Of a stretch of DNA of 64,000 nt, positions 1 to 11,015 are shown one piece after another (position 1 is the first letter of the stretch; every line of letters starts with the position of its first letter). The translations under genes were made by a program, and so were the position numbers. The stretch lies in NCBI RefSeq assembly GCF_036321535.1, contig NC_087447.1, positions 39,620,001 to 39,684,000 on the forward strand. The letters run 5' to 3'. The stretch is from Camelus dromedarius. Its lineage: Eukaryota. A model generated the notes under the pieces. The model did not search any database and had not been told where the DNA came from. It saw nothing but the letters and a program-made list of their open reading frames with translations.

Positions 1-851
1 GAGCTCGCCTTTTGGTTAGATTACAGTTTTTAAAATTCATGCCAGATCAGTCAGCGTAGGTCAACATTAAAGTATATAAATATATTTTCTGTTAACAACT
101 CACCCGTGAGGTTGGTTTGATTTTTCCCCCCTTTCCATTTCTTTCTTTTTCTGTTTTGCATTAAACACAATTAATTTCTCATCCATTCCAGTTCGGAACT
201 GGGTCAGGATTTGATCTGCTCTACATCAGAAGGAACGAGGAGGGCCAGAGCCCTGAGACAGGGCAGAGGAAAATTCCTGACCCTGCTCTACACAAAGGTA
301 TTTAAGTTGCAACTTCACTTCAGTCACAGCAGCTACTGACAAAAAGCCATAGCTTAAGGAGCAACAGTTCCCTGGACGCACATCATTCAGCTTTATATTC
401 CGGCCAATACTCGCGGCTGCTTGTGTTACTTTTTCATTGAAATGATGAGTAATATGTAATTGTTCCAGGATTTTACAATGCGCAAAATCTCAAAATTCCG
501 TGACTTTCCAAGTGTATCTGCACCTGCAGATTTTGCAACGTCTGCAGATGCACAGTTTGGGAAAGAAATGTAAGTGACACAATATAGTACAGGAGCAGTG
601 CATACACTGCCCTTCGCAGCGCAACTTTCCCGTATGTGTACAGAAGGAACTCCAGAGACCACATGATAAAGGGTCACTGAAATGATGAACAGTGAAACAC
701 GAAGCCAATTTCAAACACCTACAACACTGACGTCCTTACAGGGAACTCCAATTGGGGGCTCCTAGGAGCCAAAGCACAGACAGCCACTGCAGCCAAAATG
801 CCTCCTTGGGCCATTCGCTGACATGCACGATTTCCAGGTAGGTTCTTTTAC
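1..851 (-). other. TEAD1: TEAD1 intron downstream of the TEA exon (partial)
   Basis: The donor GTAAAA starts at 851. The next exon (VSSHIQVLAR...) is not seen in 1-851. Confidence 0.85.
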
Positions 852-916
852 CTGTTTTCTGGTCCTCGTCTTCCCTGTCCTGAGTTTGATGTATCTGGCT
901 ATCAATTCATTCCTAC
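852..916 (-). CDS. TEAD1: TEAD1 internal coding exon (65 bp, TEA/ATTS DNA-binding domain; equivalent to human exon 4)
   Basis: The minus strand reads attctttctttcag|GT AGG AAT GAA TTG ATA GCC AGA TAC ATC AAA CTC AGG ACA GGG AAG ACG AGG ACC AGA AAA CAG|gtaaaa, i.e. (G)RNELIARYIKLRTGKTRTRKQ, the invariant TEA-domain segment. It has a polypyrimidine+AG acceptor, a GT donor, a phase 1 start and a phase 0 end. The peptide is shared by TEAD paralogues. The AT-rich codon choice and the >63 kb upstream intron point to TEAD1. Confidence 0.95.
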
Positions 917-1996
917 CTGAAAGAAAGAATTTACAATAAAGGAGGTTACTTGGGGGGGAAACAAAGCCTCTGACAGCTAAGCATATAATTCAGAATCAAG
1001 AATTTTAAAGTTGCAGCTGTAAATTTATTAGTGCTGGAAAAATAAAACAGTACTTTTTTTTTTGCAAAAAATATTTACCAGGGGAAATTAGAAAGAAGGG
1101 AATTTAATTATGAACTACAATAAGCAATTAAGGAGAGAAATGTGTCTTTATGTTTGTTTGCATGTTTGTCCCTAAATGGATGGTGACTTGTAGAAATAGC
1201 AAATACAAGGAGGTGTGTGGGGGCACACAGACCTGGTTCTGTTCTAGTCTTATTTTTCATAACCATTCCCTCTCACCCAGGTTTCTATTCACAGGTAAAT
1301 CCAGTTAGTCATTATAGCCATGAGAAAATGAACTACTGTGGCCACGGAAACCCTGCCATGAAAAGAAGTCACAGGATGGGAGCAAACACCCTCTAAAGGT
1401 CATCAATGCACCAGATCAACCTTTTCCACGTTTTATAACCTTTGGGGGAAAGAAAATAACTTAAAGTACGAACAGATACCTCAAACTGATAACCTCACTT
1501 TGAGGACTATAATATAATGGGAAGATATATCCCAGAAGCCGCGTGAGGAAACGTATCACTAATATTACATGAAACAAAAACGTGCTCATACAGGACACAT
1601 GGGTCCAAACTGTTGCTATAATCATAACTGTACAGCTAGTGGTCTATGTTTGCTGTCTTACTCCCCACACATACTGACTGCACAGTTGAAGAGAGAAACA
1701 TATTCTGTCTTATCCCCCAAGGTCGCCCCAGCATGCAACACACTGCTGGGCACACAGAAAGAGTCAATGAGGAACCACACAGCCGCCGGTGAAAGATAGG
1801 AACCACATCCCCAGACTGCCCTGGCAGAGTAACTAACTGGCGGCCCTGAAGAGGACCAAGATGAGTGTCCTGATGGGACTCTTGCCTGCAAATTCTAAAG
1901 ACTCTCTCATCGCTGCCCAGAATGTTCCTGTAGTCATGTTCACCAGCTGCCTGTGTTAGGACCGTGCAGGACACACTCATCAACAGAAGGCAAAGG

Positions 1997-2760
1997 AATC
2001 ATGGACTCTTGGGGACGGAAATTACTTCTGGGTCATGCTTTCCCATCCCTAAAAGTCTAAGTCCTTATGTAAGCCAGCACTTCTAGAATAAAGGAAGCCA
2101 CTCATTCCATCTTAAAACGTATTAAGGATAGAAAGATCCTCCTTATTTGGGGCTTCCTGTAACTTTCAGCCCCAGATTCCTTTTTGTTCCTCTTAACAAG
2201 AACAAGACTAGTCCCTTATGCACGACTGCCTTTCAGGTACTACTGACAGCTTTTCAGGTCTTCCTGCAGTTGTATCCAGGCTAAGTCTCCCTCATTCCTT
2301 TGTTATCCGTGACAAGCTTCCGAACACTCCCACATCCCTCCTGTGATCACTTTTATCTATTTTCCTTTCATAGCCCAGAGCCCAGAACTGCACTCACCTC
2401 CTTGGCCCTAAATATGCCACCTCTGTTAATGCAGCCTAACACTGCATTAGATTTTGGGAGACCACGATACACTGTAAGATGATGTCAGTTTGAACTCCTA
2501 GGTCTTTTTCATGTGGGCTACTTCTCAGACATACCCCTACCCTTGTTCCCAATCTTTTCATGCATAGGTGGGACTCTCATCCAAATACAGAACATCATCA
2601 CATTTATTTCTGTTGCATTTCATCCTGTTAGATTAAGCCTATCATTCCAGCCTGTCAGTCTCAGATCCTGATTCTGTGACTGAACTTACCCTTTAACCAC
2701 AGGAAAAGGATCTAAATTCAGTTTTGAGGATTGCTTCTCTAAGCATTCTCTTTCAAACTT
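1997..2760 (-). mobile_element. L3/CR1 LINE 3' fragment (ancient)
   Basis: Begins gaatcatggactctt, resembling the reverse complement of the CR1 tail. Contains tagaaagatcctccttat, aacaagactagtccctt, ctgttaatgcagcctaacactgcattag and tttcatcctgttagatt, all resembling the L3 consensus in reverse. Confidence 0.65.
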
Positions 2761-4410
2761 TTGAGAACTACCAATATTCCCTGTAGTGTCATTGGGTCTA
2801 CTTCTCCATCTCTCAGATGGTTGTACAGATTTTGCAATTTGTCTCAAAGGCTGGCTGACAGCAGAGCCCAGCTAGGAGTGCCTAATTACCAGAAGCCAGA
2901 CCTAAACGACAATGTCTGCAGGCGAGCCAAGCATCCTCCATCTCGGGGCCTCACTGTGCACCCTGCTCAGGGCTGAGTGGCCAGGACGAAATAAATCCAG
3001 GGCTCCGTATTACTGCAATTTCATCTGAACCTCATCCAGATGGCAAGAACGTCTCCTGCTCCCTTACTTGCTTATTTTCTGTGAAAGCAGACAGAAGAGC
3101 TTGAGGTGTGTGACCTACAACCTATGTAACTAGTTTTTCATTTCTTATGGCATTTGGTTGAACGGATGAGACCAATACCCAGGACGGCCACATCTGACTG
3201 TACAGCCTGTGGTTTACACAACGCCATAAACAACATCAACACATACTTCGATTAAAGTCCTTCTAAAAAGCACCACTCCTCACTGTGCACCTACTGTGTG
3301 CTGAGCACGACACTGTATCATTTCACTGAAAGCTTGTCACGACCCTCATGTCCCTGATCCTTACATGAGCAAGAATCACCTTTCAAAAGCCTGTGTTCCT
3401 TCTTTCATACCATGTTTCAAGCCATGAAGAGTAATTAACCTGAAGTTCCTATGTGTTTCTTCTTGCCTCACCATAAATAACGCTGATTCAAATTATAAAG
3501 TCAAATTCCACTGACACCAAACATCTCCCGTGACCTCAAAGCACAGTGTTAATCAGTTTGTTTTATATGAATATTTTTAATGACCGTAAGTGTAGCTTTG
3601 CGCACAGAAAACATCATTCAGGTTTACCTAGTTTTAAAAATATTTCTTTCATTTATTTGGTTTAAAAAACCTTAAATGTCATGGTTCACTTTTAAGTTTT
3701 TAAGTTCAGCTTACATTTTTAAAAATAATTTTTATACTCATTTTGAAGGGCCATTGGATTGTTTGGTCCATTTTACAAACCTAGTTAAATTCCTTTAAAT
3801 ATTTAAAACCATGTGTTTAATTTAAAATTTATTTAACTCTTTTAAATATTAGAATTGTTTGATTTGACTTACAAAACCTTCTCTTAAAGAACTCTTAGAA
3901 ACCTAATAAACTCTCTTAAGTGCTCCAATATTGCCTACAAATCTAGTTAAGACTTTAACCTTCCCCAAAATCAAGTCTAAATCAATTGCTTCATTGCACA
4001 TTTTAATTTGGAAACACCAGGCTGACCTGTTATGTGGACCAAATTATTTAAGATAATTACCTGAAATATCTACATGCATAAATCCTTAAAAAAAAAAAAA
4101 AAAGAACTAACACTACGGCTATGATTCTGTTAAAAAATGTCTATATTCAATTCTCAGTCTTCCCGTAATTACAATATGCTTACCCTTTAAGGAAACAAGT
4201 GTGCCGTTCCAAATGACTTTGGAATATCTTTTTGGGTGCTTGGATGGGGTTGTACCTATTTTACTAGGTTCTGAATGGATTCTTGTTAGCAACATTGATG
4301 GGATGTTCAGAGCCCTATTTATATTTCTATAGCATAGCCCCCAAAATGGGGTGGATCCATACAGTTCAAAGGCCTGGATTTGAATCATGGTACTAAGGTA
4401 ATTTTCCAGC

Positions 4411-4443
4411 CAATGATGGGGAACTCAATGATGGGGAACTCAA
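4411..4443. repeat. 15-bp perfect tandem duplication (caatgatggggaact x2.2)
   Basis: Directly visible: 4411-4425 is identical to 4426-4440, followed by caa. Confidence 0.95.
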
Positions 4444-4555
4444 GGGTACCAAACATCACTGTTGTATCTGGCAGTGGGGCTCTGGTCCACCCAGCACAAG
4501 TCTTGTTTTGGAGCCATGAAGAATGTTAACCCTCCTTTCTGTAACTCTCTCTTCC

Positions 4556-4558
<3 letters not shown>

Positions 4559-4609
<51 letters not shown>
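4559..4609. repeat. (AC)25 microsatellite
   Basis: Uninterrupted AC dinucleotide run. Confidence 0.99.
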
Positions 4610-4614
<5 letters not shown>

Positions 4615-4964
4615 CTGATCCAGTAAACCTTACATTACAAAAGGGACTTTCAACAAAGATAACTTTATAGTCAATCATGACATTCCTGAAGTAATCCCAC
4701 AATCACATGGGGACCATCCCTCCTTTGTACCAGACAGGATACCTGTCTAGTGTATTGGGGGTATAAGGACAGCCTAGCTGGCTGCCCGCAAGGAGTCCAC
4801 TGTCCAAGACAGGGTCAAAGACAGAGCAAATCAGCTCTACATGTCAGACAATGACTGAAAGAGGGTCTCACAACACACATGGGTAATCAGCCCCAAATAA
4901 CTCCAGAAATCTAGAAAGCCTTTCCCAAAGTGCTAGACTTTTAAGTATAGCTTACACTTCCTCC

Positions 4965-5220
4965 AACATTTTATTATAAAAGTTTATGACACACAGAAAA
5001 GTTTTTTACAGAAAGAATTTCTCAGTAAACGCTATATACCCACCACCTAGATGCTACCATTCGCTCTTTGATACACGCTTTATCACATATCACTCCATCT
5101 CCCCATTCCTCTATCCATCCTCCGAGGCATCTTACTCTATTGTTGCTGTTGCACTTCAAAATAAGGGGCAGGCATGATAACATCCCTTTATACTTCGTGT
5201 GCATATCATGAACCAGAGTG
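4965..5220 (-). mobile_element. Old L1 (L1MC/MD-like) 3' UTR end
   Basis: caacattttattat...cacagaaaagtt...aaagaattt..cagtaaac...tatacccaccacctagat resembles the reverse complement of L1MC-type 3' ends. Confidence 0.7.
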
Positions 5221-8200
5221 ACAAGACTGACCTTGACAGGGAGAATGGAGTAGGGAAGGTTGCAGGCCCCTTTGGACTGAAGAAGCAGCCTCAGCCTGGG
5301 GCGAGGCTGTCTTTATATCCCTGATTGTATTTCCTTAAATATATACACAGGAGACGGGGGCTCTTTTAAAAGCCATGCATGCTGTTCCTCAAGCCCCCGA
5401 GACCACTAGACACGCTCCTTCTGAGCCCGGGAGTCTCCAGGTTCTACACTCACAGCATCCACAGCTCATCTCCTTCATTCCTTCTCTATAACACCTGTAG
5501 GAGCTTATAGAGCTGAGTGGCCATGTCACCCTTCGCCACTAAGTGTCGCTATACTACAGCTGCTCTGCAGCACACGGTGTCCTTTGGAAATGCAGACCCT
5601 GTCACTTCTTTAAATCTGAGATTTCTGCAGCTGCAGTCATGGATGCTTTTCCCACAGGCAAGAGGCAGCAGCAAAAACAAACACAGCCCCACCTGTCACT
5701 TTTATACCGTGATCCTCACCAGGCACTGCGATCCAGTTTTTATTTTCTTTTTCTTTCTCCTAAATAACATAACACAGTTGAAAGTGAGCTCATCACTGGC
5801 TTCTCCTGCCTCCCAGATTGCCGCAGAATTTCCTGTTAAAGGGCAACAGAGATAGATTCCAGCAGAAAGGCAAGGCGTTTGCGCTGCGCTTTGCCTTACC
5901 CAGACAGAAGACTGGTTAACGTTGTTGTGGGCTTGTGTGTAATGGGATGTGGCCTCAAGGTCATGTTTGAGGCACAGCAAATGCAGGGTCTGTGGCTAGA
6001 AATTGCAGCCCAGAGACACTCGGCTTTAACAGTGTAAGAGCCACTTTGTAATTGAATGGAGTCAGGGAGCCACAGAGGAAGAAGTAACAAATGCAACCTC
6101 CTCTTCCCTGGCTGTAGCCAGTCCGAAGGCAAACTCATACCCTAGCCCGGGGAAGGGACTCACGCTAGGGCACTCTACGGAAACCTCTGCCGGCCCTTCA
6201 CTGGGAGGGACATGGGAGGATCGCCCACACCTTTCGCCATGTTAAAAGAATGAGAATCAGAAAAACAAAACAAAACAAGACAACCTCAAGCTTCTCCAGA
6301 TTGCTAGACCAAACCTGTATCAAACAGGCACCTAATGCTATGGTTTTAGCCACAGGGTCTTCCACACCCCCTCACAAACCCTAACTTGGCCCAACGGCAC
6401 AGAGACTTCCTTGTTAACACTCTGAGTTTTCTGAGCTCTGGACGTGAGCACACAATTGCTTTCATGGCCTTCATCTCCTTATCCATTTCTCCATGTCTGG
6501 ATTCTGCCCACCTTTCAAAAGCCTCGTCCTTCATGAGCCTTCCAGCTGGCAGAGGCCTCCCCTCCCCCTAGACATCCACAGCCCTTGACCTCGGCCTCCT
6601 CACTGCTGGCTCCTATCTTTTTGGCCTCACATTTGATCATTTTGGCACATGCCATGGCTCCAACCATATCATAAGGTCGTTGAGAACAAGAACCAATGAC
6701 ATTCATCTTTTCCCTGCCTCCCCTTCCCAGACAGCTCAGTGTTCATGGAATGGGTCATCAGTGCGGCGGAAAAGGGGCTCCTATGTCCCTACAACCCAGT
6801 TTGACACTGAATCATCAGCACAAGGTGGAAAAAGACGACCCAGTGGGAAGAAGCAAAGAAAGATGCCTTCTACAGGGTGACACCCCCCACAGCATGGCTC
6901 TGTCCTCCAACACCAGCAGGATCGCCCAACACAGAGACAGTAAATTTACGATGGACTTTCTCAGGCAAAATTCTACAAGATGGGGTTAAAATACTTTCTA
7001 GCTATGGACCCTTCTATATGAACTGAGGTTCAAACAAAGGAAAAAATATCTTAGAATACGAAAGTCAACAATCAAAAAGCACAGATGCAGGTTATACTTC
7101 AGGAGCCTAGTGTCAGCCGCTAGGGGAGGTCTGCAGACCAGGGCTGTGGGCAGGGAGGGGACTGTATCTATGATGCTGCCAGAGGAGGCAGTAAGGAGTC
7201 TTTTTCACAGACCTGTGAGGAGTTAATAATTAACCTTTTTTTTTCCCCACACTGCTGCATTGTCCCAGCAACTCTGGGAAGGAAAAGAGGTCTACCGAAG
7301 CTGGCCAGTCACTTGCTGGTCAGACACCCACTGCACCTACAGGGCACAAACGATGTGCTATAATTCTGGGGGTAAAAAGACGCCATCTCTGCCCTCAGGG
7401 AGCTTACATCTATGAAGGACTCTAACCCAGGCGCACAGGGTCATGTCCCCCTGCCCCTCCCCGCGCCTCTTATTCACGCACTATAGCTGCACAGTTCCAT
7501 TATCTGAGCAACTGCATGAGCACCTGCCTCCCCTACACCAGACAGGACTTTCTAGAGGAGCACAGACCTTGGGGTTCTGCTCATCACAGTACCCCTGGTG
7601 CCAAGGATAAAGCAGGGCCTCAGAGAGTATGACACTGAAGGAACGAATGACTGAATATGAGGGATGGAGACCCAGAGTGAGATGGGCGTACAAGGCTTAG
7701 ATTGAGGGTAAAGGAAGGCTTATGAAAAAAAGCATTTCAAACAGTCCCAGAATGTTAGCAATAAGGAAGTTTAGACACCAGTGTCTCGGTTAATCCTCAA
7801 TATAAATCATTGACCAAAAATCAGCACCAACGTGGAAAATCACCAGAAAGGGCCAGGCAGCCTGGCCTGGGTTGCCAGAGGCTGGGACTACATGTTCTCA
7901 ATTTAAAGGTTTACAAAATGAACCGGTGGCCTTCAGGAGGTGAACGCTGGCAAGTCCCTGAAATAAATATCCTGTGTCTGCATTCACCCAGCGGTTCCCA
8001 AGGAGCAGCTTTAGGAGGAGGAATACACAGAGGAAGGCTCTGTTAACCCTGGTTAGTCAGAACTTACTCCTTGCATCACTTCAAATCACCTGGCAATAAC
8101 TCAAGTTCCACCTTCTCGGAGTTCCTATCAGTCAACGGCAGCTGATAACATTATCAAGTGAGGCCCCCATAAAATATTGTGTTCTCCTTCATCTCGGTGG

Positions 8201-9129
8201 GACAGCTTACAGACTACACGTTCATTAGCAGACAAGGGTCAAAGAGACGAGCAAGTAAAAATGTCTAACGCTATGGACATATAATACAAAAAAACCCTCT
8301 ATGCTGGAGAGAAATTCTTTTTGTTGTATTTATTTTCCAGAAGGAAAATAAATATGAATGAAATAAGCTTTTCTAATGGGTCATTCTTTATGAAGCAATA
8401 AAGGGATACCATACAATCACCTTTCAATCCTCTAATGAATAATTTAACAAGCCTTAATACTTTATGCCTCTAGTCCTTCTAGAATACACCCTACGCACAG
8501 CTACTTAAAACACAGCTCTGGTTTAGCCATTCCACTGCTTCAAGACCGACTGCCCACAGTCTAAAGGTCAAACTCTTTAGTATAGTATTCAGTGTGGTCC
8601 CAGCATTTGGCCCTAACTTTTTTTTTTTAAATGACACATCACTACCACCTCAATCCATTTTACCTCCATCAAAATGCACACCTCGCTTTCAGGTCCCTGA
8701 TCCATCCCACCATTCTAAGGTTTTGCTCACAGTTGCAATACCCCTGAAGACCACCAGTCAAAAGCCTTCCACAGACTCCTGAAAGGTAGGGTCTATGTCT
8801 TCAACATTTTTGATTCCCACACACTCCAGGCATGGGTGGGATTTAATGGAGTCTAAGCTAGTTGCCCCCAATGGCAACCTAAGCCGACCCACTACCCCAG
8901 AGGCTCTCAGGGGAGTGTTCAGTCCTGACAGGTCCTGCCACTCATCTTGTGAGCATTCACCCTCTCTTTCACGCCCACATCTGATCACATTGCTTTCCTA
9001 CATCAATAGCTCCCTGTTCACTAGAAGAAAAACACACACTCCTCTCAGCTTGTTACCTGAGGCGAACAGCCCACTGCTGTGGAGGACTCCTCTTCTAGCA
9101 CAAGGAGCTTCACAGAGCTCCCCAAGCCC

Positions 9130-9492
9130 TCACCGTGCTTTTCCACACCTCTATGCCTCTGTGTAACCATCTGCCCTTAAATCTTCTCTCTCTTCTCCTT
9201 TGACTGCAAAACTCCTATTCATTCCTATAAGCCCCAACTGGAGCATTTCCTCCCAGAAGTCTTCTGGGAGCTGTCCAAACTGAGTACGTGGTTCCTCCTT
9301 GGAACGCACCTGTACTGAGCACACAGCCCTGCAGCTGCTGCACTGCCATTACTTATCTACAGGAGACTCAGTCCCCTCTCAGACAGCGACTGCTCCACGG
9401 ACATACCCTGTCCGGCTCTCTCTGACTCCAAATCTGGCATCCATCATAATAGGTGCTCAATAACTGTTTTCAATTAAAAAATGAATGAATGA
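9130..9492 (+). mobile_element. L2 LINE 3' end
   Basis: ctgcaaaactcctattcattc..., ending taataggtgctcaataactg...aatgaatgaatga, the L2 tail. Confidence 0.7.
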
Positions 9493-10869
9493 GCTCTTCT
9501 CTTCCAAATGAAGAAAATCAGAAGATAAAAAAGAAGCCAGTCTAGAAAAAGAGTATGTAAATCAGACAGCAACTCTGCCACTGTCACCTGAACTCTGTGT
9601 CCCTCTGCAGATGTAGCTATTTTAGTGAGAGGCGGCACAGTGCTCCAGACTCTTGTCTTGCTCCCCAGCTTGGTCCGAGTGTGACCAGCACGTGCCCTTC
9701 CCCCCTCACCTCTCTCTCCGCATACTGACCTCCACTTGCCACACTAATATGGACCTGGTCCAAAAAGAGGTAATCTCAACATTAACCCAGAACAGTCAGT
9801 TAATGAAAAACTTTGCAAAGAACACTCTGTTTATTTATTAATTATTTGGCCTTAAAGAAGTGTGAAATCCATACATTCGAAGTGCTAAAAACTCCTTGTC
9901 TTTAATGGAGAATCTTTAATGGTGGCAATGCTGTAGCCTTGTTTTTTAGACTCAGGAGTAAGACTGTTAGGTCTTTTCTGGGGAATTTGAACGTGTACTT
10001 ATTAGCTACGTGAACATGGGAGACTTGCTGACCTTCTCTAGACCTCTTTTTCATTACTTGAACTGATATATATTGTTTCTGTCCAGGACACTGTACCACA
10101 TAACATCCAGTATAAACCTACAATGCTGCTGCTTTTAATGTTACTGAAATTGAACATCTTTTCCATGCTACATTGAAAATATTCTCAAAAATCTCTGCAT
10201 TACTCCAAATTGTCTAAATGATATGGCCATAAAATTTATTTCCAAGTAAAAGGAGCCCTCTATTGTGATATCTGAATATTTTTATGCAAACTACCTACTT
10301 GCTACAATAATCTTTTAATTTAGAATTGATTCTTCATAGAATAAAATAGCAGGAATTAGGTTTGTGCTAAGGGCTAAATGTGGCCAAAATTCTTATAATT
10401 TGTGGCAGATTGTAAACTTATCTCTATGAATAGGCTCCAGGCATTGCATTAAACAGCATGTCCCCCATTAGATTTCCAGAATTTAGTTCTCAGTGCAAAA
10501 ACACAACTATCACTAGAAGAATTAAGCATCAACTCCTGAAGCTACTATAGCAGTAGTTATACAAAGGTGAGTTATGCATGCATTAAATCAAAATGACACA
10601 CATCGGATTACCTGTGACTTAGAAAATGCAGTAAAAAGAACTGTAAATATCTAGGCATGTAGTAATTCTTTTAAAAAATAATAGGGAGACCATGATCATA
10701 AAGGACAACATTTTTTTAAATGCACTCAAACCTAAGAGATTGAAATTTGGGGGTTCAGCTAAATTAAACAAGACAGGTAGCAGCGAAGTGAGGGGGTGAC
10801 AGCTGTGCAACAGCAGGTGCCGGGTTCCCGCCATGCCAGCACCACTCAAAGCATTCTGCATATTAACCT

Positions 10870-11015
10870 TCACTCCCGCCTCACTCTCATTTTATAAATG
10901 CTGAACCTGAGGTTCAAAGAGGAAATTTGCCCAAGTTCCCAGACCAGTTAAGTGGTAGAGTTAGGATACGAACCCAGCTTTGCCTTCCAAGCTCATTATG
11001 CTTAACTTCAGACCA
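10870..11015 (-). mobile_element. MIR SINE
   Basis: cattttataaatg..ctgaggttcaaagagg..tttgcccaagttcccagaccagttaagtggtagag..ggatacgaacccag is the MIR core in reverse. Confidence 0.75.

Noticed and set aside
104..220. Possible 117-nt cassette exon downstream of the TEA exon (ccttctgatgtag| ... CGG|gtgagt)
   Set aside because: There is an in-frame TGA at codon 14 and no similarity to known TEAD exon peptides. It cannot be distinguished from a random pseudo-exon without RNA data.
908..914. MCAT motif (CATTCCT) inside the exon encoding the TEA domain
   Set aside because: Explained by the Arg-Asn-Glu codons. CATTCC/GGAATG occurs window-wide at roughly the frequency expected for a hexamer.
2141..2150. 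Perfect CArG boxes (2141-2150, 45205-45214, 48139-48148)
   Set aside because: A few CC(A/T)6GG matches are expected by chance in 64 kb, and the first lies inside an L3 fragment.
4050..4105. Possible intronic recursive splice site (tttcag|gtaatt on the minus strand)
   Set aside because: The T-run is about 25 nt from the AG with intervening AGs, and the donor is weak. I saw no strong polypyrimidine-CAG|GTAAG site in the intron.
9250..9270. 21-bp palindrome ctcccagaag-t-cttctgggag
   Set aside because: It lies in a decayed L2, one 10-bp-arm palindrome is not improbable in a window this size, and there is no supporting context.
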